DNA of 64,000 bases, taken from the IMG/VR virus record IMGVR_UViG_3300031555_002578; one strand, given 5' to 3'. The notes beneath the pieces were generated by a model. It was not told the DNA's origin. It worked only from the letters and a program-made list of their open reading frames with translations, and did no database searches. This DNA comes from a virus (taxonomy: Duplodnaviria; Caudoviricetes). Shown in pieces: positions 18,626 to 27,952 of the stretch (position 1 is the first letter of the stretch; every line of letters begins with the position of its first letter). The position numbers and the translations under genes were made by a program.

Positions 18626-19858
18626 TTAGTCTAATGTAAAGCGTTTAACCTTAACTCTGCACTTAGTAACTTCTGTCTGTTTTTCTCCTTTATATTCTTT
18701 ATGTTCTTTAACTGTCGCAGTCAGTACAATGTCTTTTCTATCAAGGATTGTAGTAGTTTTCCAAGTCAAAACATTATCATTTGTATCTGTGATTTTATAA
18801 ACTCTTACATAACCATAGATTGTTTCCCAACCTGTAATTACTTCAAAATCTTTCACATCAACTGTGATTCTTTCTCCTACTTCACCGATATGATTACTTT
18901 TTGCCCTCTGTTCTGCTCTTTCCTTCTGTTCTTTTGCATATTCCGTTTCTCTTTGGATATGTTTGTAATAACAAGGAATGATGCTCACCAGAATACCTAA
19001 ATCCTTAAATCTAGTGTATTCACCCTTTGCAACTGTCTGTGCATTGTGCAGATAATTGTTTGTTGCTTCTACATTCTGCATCCACTCCAATGCTTTCTGT
19101 GCTGTTTCCTTTACTTCTTCTGCTTCAATGTTGAAATTTTCATTTTCCAATTTCTTAATTGTTTCTTCAATGAATTTATCTTTATATCTGATTCCACCAT
19201 ATACAAAGTATTCAATAGCAATGTGCGTTCTGTTTGCTGTGGAATAAATTTCTCCATAAGTATTCTTCTTTTCATATCCAAAAACTCTGATTACTTCAAC
19301 TGCTGTTTCCAGTGCAGAAATTGTTTTGCACATCGGCTCATATCTTTCAAATGTATTAGGCTGTTCCCCTTCAATGATTTCATCAACCATATCAAGCATT
19401 TTAGCAATCAGTTCTGCATCCATACCGTTTGTATAGTCTTTTAGACAAGACTTGCCAACTTGTTTAAATTCGCCTGTAACAATGTTCTGCACAAGATATG
19501 TATTTTTTCTTCTGCGTTTTGTATTACAGTGTTCACATACTGTATTTGTGTTATAATATCTTTCTGGTACTTCAATTCCAGATACACCTCTAAAGATATT
19601 GCCATGTTCTGTATGATTGATTTCGCAAACAAACTGCCAATTATTGATTACTGCTTTTCCTTCTGCTTCAACTACAATATAATTCATCGGTACTTTATGT
19701 TCTGCCACTGTACCTTTATGGATTGTAGTTTCAATTACTTCTTCACCCACTCTTTCATAGTGAAAGTGTGTCCCATACTTATTGCATTTGTTCTGGATTC
19801 TTTTGATTTTCTTTTCCAGTTTTTCAATGTTTCCTTCCAAGATTCTGTATGTTCCCAT
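18626..19858 (-). CDS. conserved phage protein with zinc-binding motif and C-terminal OB-fold-like domain
   Basis: CEHC..RRRK...QVGKSCLKDY; C-terminal GEVGERI...TVKEHKEYKGEKQTEVTKC. Confidence 0.8.
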   Translation of the reverse strand: MGTYRILEGNIEKLEKKIKRIQNKCNKYGTHFHYERVGEEVIETTIHKGTVAEHKVPMNYIVVEAEGKAVINNWQFVCEINHTEHGNIFRGVSGIEVPERYYNTNTVCEHCNTKRRRKNTYLVQNIVTGEFKQVGKSCLKDYTNGMDAELIAKMLDMVDEIIEGEQPNTFERYEPMCKTISALETAVEVIRVFGYEKKNTYGEIYSTANRTHIAIEYFVYGGIRYKDKFIEETIKKLENENFNIEAEEVKETAQKALEWMQNVEATNNYLHNAQTVAKGEYTRFKDLGILVSIIPCYYKHIQRETEYAKEQKERAEQRAKSNHIGEVGERITVDVKDFEVITGWETIYGYVRVYKITDTNDNVLTWKTTTILDRKDIVLTATVKEHKEYKGEKQTEVTKCRVKVKRFTLD

Positions 19859-20103
19859 AATCTTCTTCCTTCCTGTGTGTTTGTGTGTGTTTTTGGTTTA
19901 TCTTTACTTCTCTTATAGAATACCACAACTATTACGTTGTGTCAATACTTTTTCGTAAATTTTATAAAGTTTTTTCTTTCCGTTTACTGCCACAAAATAG
20001 AATACAGACACCTTGTATTAGCCTGTATTCCGTTTTCTAACAGTATTTCCATTCCTATAATGGTATTCCATTACCTTCTTATTAAATGCCCTGTAATAGC
20101 CTG

Positions 20104-20277
20104 TCAGACCTTCAAATTAGGACACAAACCTAGTCCACCATCGACTTGTGGTACTCGTCTATAAGCACCCATGTGGATACATTTTTCCCTTTCACAATTA
20201 GGACAATAACACTTTTTATATTCTTCGTATGTCATTTTCCAGTTCGTCCGTGTTTCAAATTCTTCCTTAGTCAACAT
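20104..20277 (-). CDS. 57-aa Cys-containing hypothetical protein
   Basis: AAAGGAG SD; MLTKEEF...CYCPNCEREKCIH...GLGLCP; below track cutoff. Confidence 0.7.
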   Translation of the reverse strand: MLTKEEFETRTNWKMTYEEYKKCYCPNCEREKCIHMGAYRRVPQVDGGLGLCPNLKV

Positions 20278-20297
20278 AATATCATACTCCTTTCCTG

Positions 20298-20699
20298 TCA
20301 GTCGATAATATCACAATAGATATAGTCTGCATCCTTATATCTCATTACAACTGTACTCTTTTCGTCTGTATGCACCAGACCAACTACCAGAAAACAGTTT
20401 TCCTTAAAATTGTCAAACAAATCTGTAGGAATTTTCACCATATTGTTTTCCACTTCCAGTTCACCTTCTTCAAAGTAAATGTCTGGAAGTTCATAATGCT
20501 CTTTCAGATTTTCCGCAACATCCTGTCTGATAATATCCTTTTCAGTTTCCATAAGCATAGATGCACTATGAATAGCATAGTCAAATTCTGCAATGATTCT
20601 GATTAATTCAGACTTATCCATACTGTATCCATTGGTCAAAATCCAGTCATAGGCTCTGTTATCTTTTACTGCTTCGATAAACTGTTTCATTTTTTCCAT
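20298..20699 (-). CDS. hypothetical phage protein
   Basis: GGAAGGGG SD. Confidence 0.8.
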   Translation of the reverse strand: MEKMKQFIEAVKDNRAYDWILTNGYSMDKSELIRIIAEFDYAIHSASMLMETEKDIIRQDVAENLKEHYELPDIYFEEGELEVENNMVKIPTDLFDNFKENCFLVVGLVHTDEKSTVVMRYKDADYIYCDIID

Positions 20700-20715
20700 A
20701 ATGATTCCCCTTCCG

Positions 20716-20949
20716 TTATCTGATTTCCATTCCTACGATTTCCCATTCGTCCTCTGCAACTTCTTTATAAATAGGACGAATATCATATTTTTTATTTGCA
20801 TTTATAACTCCAAAACCTGCATTATCAAAAGTTTCCCAAGATTCTGTATAGGATTCTCCGTTCCATCCATGTAAACAATACAGTTTTCCGTCAATTTCCC
20901 ATACTTCAATATCTGGTTTATTCCAAAATCTGCCTACCTTTTTACTCAT
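20716..20949 (-). CDS. hypothetical phage protein (GWNGE family)
   Basis: GGAAGGA SD before ATG 20949. Confidence 0.8.
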   Translation of the reverse strand: MSKKVGRFWNKPDIEVWEIDGKLYCLHGWNGESYTESWETFDNAGFGVINANKKYDIRPIYKEVAEDEWEIVGMEIR

Positions 20950-21108
20950 TGTATCCTTCCTTCCTGTTGTTTGTTTTGTCTTACTTCTCTTATAGAGTAC
21001 CACAACTTTTTTACTGTGTCAATACTTTTTTTGTTTCCTTTTAGGATTTTCTGTATCTCTGATTGATACAAATTCTAGCACATAATTATGTGCTAGGCTT
21101 TCTGTCAA

Positions 21109-21306
21109 TCAAAACTCTCTCAGAATAGTGAATTTTCCATTTGCAAGTTTGATACAAGCAAACACATCTTCTCCACTCTCCTTGTGTGCTTCACTCATAT
21201 AAAAATGCAGTTCTCCGTTTGAATACCAATAGTCCTCTACCATTTCTGGATAGATAGATTTTACATAATTGATATATTCCTGTTTATTTGCTTTCATATT
21301 TTCCAC
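21109..21306 (-). CDS. hypothetical phage protein
   Basis: AGGAGTGG SD. Confidence 0.75.
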   Translation of the reverse strand: MENMKANKQEYINYVKSIYPEMVEDYWYSNGELHFYMSEAHKESGEDVFACIKLANGKFTILREF

Positions 21307-21309
21307 TCC

Positions 21310-21456
21310 TTACCAAGTATAACTTTCTTCGATTACTTCCAGACTTGCTTTTGTTTCCAGTTCATCAAGTTCTTTCAGTTCTTCTTCCGTCAGTTCGTAT
21401 GCACTTTCTTTCTGATATAGATAGTTCAAACGATTATATTCATATCCTGTCAACAT
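21310..21456 (-). CDS. 48-aa acidic hypothetical protein
   Basis: TAATG-coupled to upstream ORF; ELTEEELKELDELE. Confidence 0.65.
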   Translation of the reverse strand: MLTGYEYNRLNYLYQKESAYELTEEELKELDELETKASLEVIEESYTW

Positions 21457-21647
21457 TACTGATTCACTTCCTTTTCCAAAATATACATATCTCCTGTATC
21501 TGTATACAATGTCAGTACCATTGTATCATCTTCCATATCCGTTTCCCAACTTGTTACTGTATTCAAGTCAAGATTATCTTTTGCTGTTTCCATCGGCATA
21601 GGCTGTGCCATAGATGCAATAATTGCTATAATCATAAATACTTTCAT
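21456..21647 (-). CDS. small secreted/membrane protein
   Basis: N-terminal signal-peptide-like MKVFMIIAIIASMA; AAGGAG SD. Confidence 0.75.
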   Translation of the reverse strand: MKVFMIIAIIASMAQPMPMETAKDNLDLNTVTSWETDMEDDTMVLTLYTDTGDMYILEKEVNQ

Positions 21648-21825
21648 TATGTTTCTCCTTCCTGTGTGTGTCTTATCTTCTCTTATAGAATATCACATTT
21701 CCGTTCCTCTGTCAACTCCTTTTCGTTGTTTTTGTAAAGTTTTTTCTTTTCCGTTGTACCTCTAATTAGTAGTACGGAAAACTCCGCACTACCTCAAAAA
21801 GCACACATAAGAAAAAAGATTTTTA

Positions 21826-22020
21826 TTAGTCAATATTGAAACAGATTCCACCACCCATAATTTTATGGGATACTCCGTTCCAAGTATTGATTTCTACACC
21901 TTCATATTCGTCTGGAATATCATCAGACCATCCACTCCAAACCACATCACCTGTTTTAGCAGACCAGATTTCTACATACTGGCTATCCATTGCATAATAA
22001 ATAAAATCGTTAATTGTCAT
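21826..22020 (-). CDS. hypothetical phage protein
   Basis: AAGGTGG SD. Confidence 0.75.
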   Translation of the reverse strand: MTINDFIYYAMDSQYVEIWSAKTGDVVWSGWSDDIPDEYEGVEINTWNGVSHKIMGGGICFNID

Positions 22021-22036
22021 ATTGATTCCACCTTCC

Positions 22037-22369
22037 TTATACCTCTACATCCTCAATATAGTATTCTCTATCGTTGCTATCATAATATTCTTTTCCATAT
22101 CCTCTGAATACTACTCTGCCTGTTGGTATCCATCCGTTCCATCGTTCAATTTCAAACAATGCTTCTTCTCCGTACTGTAACCAAGTCTGGCAATATTCCT
22201 CTGGAGTACCTTCATAATATGTTGTGGAATTATAGTTATATTCACCTTTATCGTTCTGAAATTCAAAACTCCATCCACAACATAAACCATCAATTTGTCC
22301 TTTATATTCCTTGTCTGGAATATTAAAACCAGCATAACTTTCGCTGTTCTTAATGATTTCGTATGTCAT
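22037..22369 (-). CDS. hypothetical phage protein
   Basis: GGAAGGGG SD before ATG 22369. Confidence 0.75.
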   Translation of the reverse strand: MTYEIIKNSESYAGFNIPDKEYKGQIDGLCCGWSFEFQNDKGEYNYNSTTYYEGTPEEYCQTWLQYGEEALFEIERWNGWIPTGRVVFRGYGKEYYDSNDREYYIEDVEV

Positions 22370-22389
22370 ATTCAATTCCCCTTCCTCTG

Positions 22390-22641
22390 TTATCTGAAAA
22401 AATCTCCTTTTGCAAAACTGATTGCACTTGAACAAATCATACCAAAAATGTATGTATACTCATCACTTGTGATTTCATCCAGTAGCACCATCTGATTCAA
22501 TTCTACTTCAATATCTCTTGCACTGGAACACCATAAGTACTCTGTTGTTTTTGTGTTCCCATCATTATCCTTGATTTCACAAAACTTCATGTGCTTTTTT
22601 CTCATCAAGTCATAAACTGCCTTGCATTTCCGTTTTCTCAT
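22390..22641 (-). CDS. hypothetical phage protein
   Basis: GGAAGGGG SD before ATG 22641. Confidence 0.75.
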   Translation of the reverse strand: MRKRKCKAVYDLMRKKHMKFCEIKDNDGNTKTTEYLWCSSARDIEVELNQMVLLDEITSDEYTYIFGMICSSAISFAKGDFFR

Positions 22642-22643
22642 GC

Positions 22644-22952
22644 TTAATTCCCCTTCCTCTGTGCTTTCCATTCTGCATACAGTTCCTTGATTTCCTCTTT
22701 TGCATCCATATCAGATACAGGAATATCAAGATATGTTTCATGGAAATTATCTGTTCCAAAACCATAAGATTCATAGCCATGTTTTCTAAGATATGATTCA
22801 AAATCATCCAGAATTGCATTGTGTTCCTGTTCAGACTTCGCACCAGATACCATAAATTCGTATCCTCTGGACTTTACAAAAGATACCATTTTATCTTTCT
22901 GATAGTCATATCGTTCCTCTTTCAGAACACTATATTTAAGGCTTGTTCTCAT
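22644..22952 (-). CDS. hypothetical phage protein
   Basis: First gene after promoter 22979-23007. Confidence 0.75.
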   Translation of the reverse strand: MRTSLKYSVLKEERYDYQKDKMVSFVKSRGYEFMVSGAKSEQEHNAILDDFESYLRKHGYESYGFGTDNFHETYLDIPVSDMDAKEEIKELYAEWKAQRKGN

Positions 22953-23097
22953 GCTTTCCACTTCCTTCCTTCTCCTATAGGATACCACATTTCCTGTATC
23001 CTGTCAACACCTTTTTTGTGTTTATTTTAAGATTTTCCTGTGGTGAATTGCCACAAGGAAAGAATGGAAAGATTTTCCATTCAAACCTTCTATCAAC

Positions 23098-23451
23098 TCA
23101 ACTCCACTGTGCATCCTCTGTGTATTCATCATCCAGTTCCACTTCCCAAGCGTTGAGAATAGTTCCATCATGCTTCGCCTTGATATTTCCATCCTTCTGC
23201 ACTTCATAACAGATACATTCCTTTGTATCCTGTGATACGATAGGATAGCAACCATATTCACAAGGGACTGCCCTTCCAGACTTGACCCAACTAGGATTCG
23301 TTGCATCTGTTCCAAGTTCATTGATTTCCTTATCAAGCATATATACTCTGCGATATCTTCCATCCATCAGAATATAATTTCCTTCCAAGATTTCCTGTCC
23401 GTACTTATCAAAATAATGATACTTACCAGATGTTCTGTCACATTTAATCAT
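23098..23451 (-). CDS. hypothetical phage protein
   Basis: GGAAGGA SD; GTDATNP motif. Confidence 0.8.
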   Translation of the reverse strand: MIKCDRTSGKYHYFDKYGQEILEGNYILMDGRYRRVYMLDKEINELGTDATNPSWVKSGRAVPCEYGCYPIVSQDTKECICYEVQKDGNIKAKHDGTILNAWEVELDDEYTEDAQWS

Positions 23452-23618
23452 ACTGATTCCTTCCTTCCTTTATTCACTTGTAAATGTTCGTTCCATGCTT
23501 ATATTATAGCAAATGTCCTCTGCTATGTCAAGCACTTTTTATTGTTTTGATTCAGATTTTCCTTTTCCATCTGCAATCAAATGGTGGGACACTTAATGTC
23601 CCATCAGTTCATTCCAGA

Positions 23619-23816
23619 TTAGAGAACACTTATTCTTTCCGCAACTGCCCAAAATTTTCCGTCAATGTATACTATGTTCGTTTTTTTCTCAATTCTGTAT
23701 ACATAACCATATAATTCTGATTCAGCATAGATGCTTCTGCTTGTTTCTTTTATCCATTTAAGATAGTATGCAAATTTTCCTGCACCACATTCAATGTTTA
23801 CATAATCATGTTCCAT
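23619..23816 (-). CDS. hypothetical phage protein
   Basis: GAAAGGGG SD. Confidence 0.7.
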   Translation of the reverse strand: MEHDYVNIECGAGKFAYYLKWIKETSRSIYAESELYGYVYRIEKKTNIVYIDGKFWAVAERISVL

Positions 23817-23885
23817 GTCCATTCCCCTTTCTGTATGTAAGATAGGATATTCCCACCTTTTTAGTGGGAACATCCTTCTGCTCTG

Positions 23886-24362
23886 TTATCTTCTAAACCA
23901 TCTGCGAAAACCTTTTTTCCATTCCTTCTGTTCATCCTCTGTCAGATGTTCCAGTTCTACCATTTCAGTGCAGAATGGACTGATTCTCTTTCCGACTTTC
24001 ATTACCAATACCCAACAGGTTTTTGTTTCTGGATTATCCAGAACAATTACAACCTTCTGTTCTGCTCTAAGAATAGGACTATTCGCATTTTTATACATTT
24101 CCATTACATCCCTATATCCAAAGGAATTATGGATTCCAGTACAACCACCGCTAATATAGAATTTACCATCATTCAGATATAGTTTTCCTTCCTTGTGCAT
24201 TGTCCCATAGGATTCACTTGTAAATTCCACTCTACAAGTATCACCACAAGGATAGAATGTACTTCCTTCGCTGTATGGTTTGCTCATATCCATCTTTAAT
24301 ACTGGAAACTGTGTGCTGTTCATTGCATAGGCAATGTGGTGTCTGTCTGTTAAATACATCAT
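23886..24362 (-). CDS. hypothetical phage protein
   Basis: AGAGGA SD after promoter 24412-24440. Confidence 0.8.
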   Translation of the reverse strand: MMYLTDRHHIAYAMNSTQFPVLKMDMSKPYSEGSTFYPCGDTCRVEFTSESYGTMHKEGKLYLNDGKFYISGGCTGIHNSFGYRDVMEMYKNANSPILRAEQKVVIVLDNPETKTCWVLVMKVGKRISPFCTEMVELEHLTEDEQKEWKKGFRRWFRR

Positions 24363-24510
24363 GTTTCATTCCTCTTTTCTGTGTGTGCTGTGTGTTTTTG
24401 ATTTCCTCTGTATTGTATCACAAAGTTTTCCCTGTGTCAATACAGTTTTTCCTATCTGTTGATAGAAAAATCAAAGTCCACAAGTTTCCTCATGGACTTT
24501 AGTTCGCCTA

Positions 24511-24864
24511 TCATACAAAGTACATTTCGCCATTGATTTCCATTGCTACTGCATCCTGTTTCAGTCTGTCCCTCAATTCCTCTGCTTTTTCAATCACTCT
24601 GTCGATATTTTTCATCAAGTCTGATTCCTTGCAGTATGCGAATACTGTTGTGGACTTCTCTTTTACCAGACCCATTGTAGGACTATTCCAATAGCCTAAA
24701 GTCTGAGTAGCAGTAGCACCGCCAAAACATTCGGAAAACAGTGTTGCGACTTCCTCTACATACTGCGTATTGTCAATTTCCTCATTGATATTGATTGTCG
24801 CAGGAACAATGATTGTTACTTTGCTGTTCAATTTGAAAAGGTTTTCCAGTTTTGCATTTTTCAT
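24511..24864 (-). CDS. conserved phage protein, DUF3574-like fold suspected
   Basis: FGGAT...GYW...VKE...LKQDAVA pattern. Confidence 0.7.
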   Translation of the reverse strand: MKNAKLENLFKLNSKVTIIVPATININEEIDNTQYVEEVATLFSECFGGATATQTLGYWNSPTMGLVKEKSTTVFAYCKESDLMKNIDRVIEKAEELRDRLKQDAVAMEINGEMYFV

Positions 24865-25023
24865 AGTTTTACTTCCTTCCTTCTGTGTCCTTGTTTTTAG
24901 TTTCTATATACATACTATCACAACGAAAATGCTGTGTCAATATGTTTTTTTCAAATTTCCATCGGAAACTTGTAAAAGCCTACAAAAACCATCTGCTTTT
25001 ATAGGCTTTAGCAATCATCCGAT

Positions 25024-25428
25024 TTATTCCCAAAACAGAATACAGTCTTTTTCTGCATCCATCACATCATCAGTTCTGATAATGCGTTCTAAATCAGATA
25101 AATAGATTTCAAGGAAAGTACCATAATCACTTTCCATTCCTAAGTAAGTGTCATGTTTTTCCTGTAAATCATCTGTATATTTAACAGTGTTCCATGCCCT
25201 TTTAACTGTGAAATTGAAAAGTCTAGGCAATGGACTAGATTTAGACACTACAAAAAAAGAATATCTTTTCCCTGTCATTTCATGTGGTACTTCCTCTGTT
25301 GTATCATCATCATACATTCCTTCATAATAATCATTATCAACTGGATATGTTTCCCAAAATCCATCATCCATACAAATCCCACCAAAACCCTCTGGATAGC
25401 GTTCTGTCAAGTCTGGAATATAAGTCAT
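25024..25428 (-). CDS. hypothetical phage protein
   Basis: GGAAGGGG SD. Confidence 0.75.
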   Translation of the reverse strand: MTYIPDLTERYPEGFGGICMDDGFWETYPVDNDYYEGMYDDDTTEEVPHEMTGKRYSFFVVSKSSPLPRLFNFTVKRAWNTVKYTDDLQEKHDTYLGMESDYGTFLEIYLSDLERIIRTDDVMDAEKDCILFWE

Positions 25429-25543
25429 GATTCATTCCCCTTCCTCTGTGCATTTGATTATGTCAACTATGATTTACTCTGATAGTAAATCGACAAAAGG
25501 GAACAAGCGTTTCCCTGTTCCCCTTTAGCAATTCGCCTATCTG

Positions 25544-25882
25544 TTATGGTCTGATAATTAAATTTGTATAAATTGCATAAAAATCAATATTTTCTGTAAC
25601 TTCAAAAGTTTCTTTTCCACCATATTCATCGTATGTTACAATATAATTTTTCCCATTTTCATGATAGATTACAATTCTGCATCCGTTGAACATTGTCTTG
25701 TCAAACATCCAGTTTTTTTCTGGTTCTTTCAGCATTTTTTCTACTGCATTTTCAATAGCAATTCTCCATTTTTTCGCTAATTGCCATTCTTTGCGAAATT
25801 CATTGATTCTTTTTTCCTCTGCTATATCTTTTTTTGTTTTTTTCTGTCTGCCTAACCAATAAAGTTCACTACAAGTTCCCAT
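25544..25882 (-). CDS. hypothetical phage protein
   Basis: GGAAGGGG SD before ATG 25882. Confidence 0.75.
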   Translation of the reverse strand: MGTCSELYWLGRQKKTKKDIAEEKRINEFRKEWQLAKKWRIAIENAVEKMLKEPEKNWMFDKTMFNGCRIVIYHENGKNYIVTYDEYGGKETFEVTENIDFYAIYTNLIIRP

Positions 25883-25984
25883 AATCATTCCCCTTCCATT
25901 TTTTTGTTCATGCTCTGCGGACTTGTGACCGCCATCGGTAGCATTAAAGCGGGACTTTTTGTGTCCCACTCCACTCTGCTTTTA

Positions 25985-26263
25985 TTATCCAATATTTCTC
26001 CATCCAATATTGTCGCAGTACCAATAATTCCCTTTGTAGTATACCACATCAGATACACTCATGGAATGTCCTTTGAAGTCATGTGGTCTGTCCAGATTGA
26101 ATATTTCAAAAATTCCATCAAGACTGATTCCTTCTCTGACTTTTCCTGTCCATTTCAGTTCATAGATTGAAAAATCAAATCTGTCCTTTACTCTGTCCCA
26201 ACTGCGGAAAATATGTCCTTCTGTATCCCAATCAATATTAATCTGATAAATTTTAATAATCAT
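25985..26263 (-). CDS. yodL: YodL-domain protein
   Basis: IYQI...LDGIFEIFNLDRPHDFKGHSMSVSDVV...YCDNIGW signature. Confidence 0.85.
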   Translation of the reverse strand: MIIKIYQINIDWDTEGHIFRSWDRVKDRFDFSIYELKWTGKVREGISLDGIFEIFNLDRPHDFKGHSMSVSDVVYYKGNYWYCDNIGWRNIG

Positions 26264-26281
26264 TTTTCATTCCCCTTCCCA

Positions 26282-26389
26282 TCAGATAGCACAACCCTGT
26301 GCATACATAAATTCTCTGTATTCTGCATCTGTATCCAGTTCCGCAGATTTTCCAGATTTTCCCATCAGTTTCCATAAAATTTTTCTCAT
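26282..26389 (-). CDS. 35-aa hypothetical peptide
   Basis: GGAAGGAAG SD before ATG 26389. Confidence 0.55.
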   Translation of the reverse strand: MRKILWKLMGKSGKSAELDTDAEYREFMYAQGCAI

Positions 26390-26496
26390 TTTGTTTCTTC
26401 CTTCCTTCCTTGTCTTGTGCTTTTGGTTTCCTCTGTGTTTAAGAACACAATCGGATAGCAAGGGAACATCCGTTCCCTTCCTATCTCTATCTGTTC

Positions 26497-26616
26497 TCAA
26501 AATAACTGCATCAGACTGTCGTATCCCATTAGATGCAAAAATCCAATCGCATAGAAACAACCAACGATTGCAGTAAATCCAATGAATGTCAAGATATTTT
26601 CAACTGCTTTTCTCAT
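26497..26616 (-). CDS. 39-aa single-TM membrane peptide
   Basis: MRKAVENILTFIGFTAIVGCFYAIGFLHLMG; AAGGGG SD. Confidence 0.55.
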   Translation of the reverse strand: MRKAVENILTFIGFTAIVGCFYAIGFLHLMGYDSLMQLF

Positions 26617-26632
26617 ACTCTGCAACCCCTTT

Positions 26633-26914
26633 TCAAATATTTTCATATCCAACGTCCATGACTGTATCTGTGTCACAATCCCACTGCTTTTTATTGATTT
26701 CAGAAAATCCAAAAAGGACACGAAAAGCGTTTACATGACGCAATGTTGTAGGACTGTATCCTTCCCAAGTACGGAAAAAGTGTCCGTCTGCATCAATTAC
26801 GGCAACTACAGTGCTATAAGACTGTAAAAATGTGCATCCATTATCAAAAAAATAGTGTGCTTTTTTGTAAAAAGATTTTTGACCTCTGTGTGGTTTCAGT
26901 TCAAATTTTTTCAT
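26633..26914 (-). CDS. conserved hypothetical phage protein
   Basis: KSFY.KA...LQSY.TVVA...YS.TT.RH..AF motif; GAGGT SD. Confidence 0.85.
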   Translation of the reverse strand: MKKFELKPHRGQKSFYKKAHYFFDNGCTFLQSYSTVVAVIDADGHFFRTWEGYSPTTLRHVNAFRVLFGFSEINKKQWDCDTDTVMDVGYENI

Positions 26915-27012
26915 AAATCATACCTCTTTTCTGTGTTTTGTGTGCTTTTGGTTTCTAGTGTGAATACACCATAAAAGACACGAATTTTTGTTCGTGTCCT
27001 TCCTTGCTATAT

Positions 27013-27507
27013 TCAACCTTTGATATACATTCTGGTTTTTGTGTCAACTTTTTCAGACCCATTTTTTTCTCTGATTTCTTCAAAGTTTTTAGAATAGGAC
27101 TTGTGTTTTTTCTCTGTGTTTTCAATGCCAGAAAACCAGTACCATTTTTTATATTTTCCGCTAAACTGAAAACCAGCATTTTTCAGTGTTTCTTTATGTG
27201 TGTAAGTGTTACCAGATACCCACACCCAAGACCCACAAATTTCGATATCCAGACCTTCACAGAAAATAATTTTTTCCAGAATTTCCACAAACATTTCAGC
27301 GGTTTCAGAAGTCTGTTTTTTGCCTTCTGCTTTTGCTTTTGCGTTATCGGATTTTTTCAGCACTTCAAACATTGCCTTGTATTCTGTGATAATTTCGCCC
27401 ATTGTGGCATTATCACCGCCGTTGTCTGGATGGTACTTTTTGCAAAGTTCCTTGTATGCCTTTTTCAGTTCTTCCAGATTTTTACAGTTTGCAAAATATT
27501 TTTTCAT
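27013..27507 (-). CDS. DnaJ (J-domain) protein
   Basis: ELKKAYKELCKKYHPDNGG (HPD motif) plus EICGSWVWVSGNT domain. Confidence 0.85.
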   Translation of the reverse strand: MKKYFANCKNLEELKKAYKELCKKYHPDNGGDNATMGEIITEYKAMFEVLKKSDNAKAKAEGKKQTSETAEMFVEILEKIIFCEGLDIEICGSWVWVSGNTYTHKETLKNAGFQFSGKYKKWYWFSGIENTEKKHKSYSKNFEEIREKNGSEKVDTKTRMYIKG

Positions 27508-27545
27508 AAAATAACCTTCTTTCGTTTTTGTGTGCTTTTTTACCT

Positions 27546-27620
27546 TCTCAAAATACCGAAAGCCTTGATTTTTCGGTACTTTGAGAAAATAAAAGGCGGT
27601 TTGTTTACCGCCTTATTTTC
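27546..27620 (-). terminator. two tandem hairpins after first early gene
   Basis: TTCTCAAAATACCGAAA...TTTCGGTACTTTGAGAA and AAGGCGGT-TTGTTT-ACCGCCTT. Confidence 0.55.
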
Positions 27621-27915
27621 ATTCAATAATTTCAAAATTTGTGATGCAAATATCAGCAAGGTAGCACATACAATTCTCAATATCCAAATAGAATTTTGCG
27701 TGTTTTTCGTTGCTATGTTCTACAATGTTTTTTGCAATTTCAAAAATATCATTCGTTGTGATGTTTTCTTGTTTTGCAAATTTTCTTGCGATTCTGTTAT
27801 TCCCAAAAAGCAAATTTTCATAATCCGCATTGTTTCCGCTTGTATACAAGTTATACTTGATACAAAAATTTCTTAAATCATAAGCGTTGATTCTTCTTGT
27901 TTCCTTAATTTTCAT
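27619..27915 (-). CDS. hypothetical protein, first gene of early arm
   Basis: GAGG SD; LRNFCIKYNLYTSG motif. Confidence 0.8.
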   Translation of the reverse strand: MKIKETRRINAYDLRNFCIKYNLYTSGNNADYENLLFGNNRIARKFAKQENITTNDIFEIAKNIVEHSNEKHAKFYLDIENCMCYLADICITNFEIIE

Positions 27916-27952
27916 AGTAAAACCTCTTTTCTGTATACTCTTTTTCCCATTG

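Noticed and set aside
19988-26485. Cassette-end hairpins as integron attC sites
   Set aside because: No consistent RYYYAAC/GTTRRRY ends; cassettes carry their own promoters; no IntI-specific insertion recognisable in the recombinase
435-27876. Numerous + strand ORFs in the left arm (e.g. 1586-2272, 12265-12939, 27004-27876) and - strand ORFs in the right arm
   Set aside because: Antisense shadows of real genes: F/I/S-rich, no SD, fully overlapping better-supported ORFs
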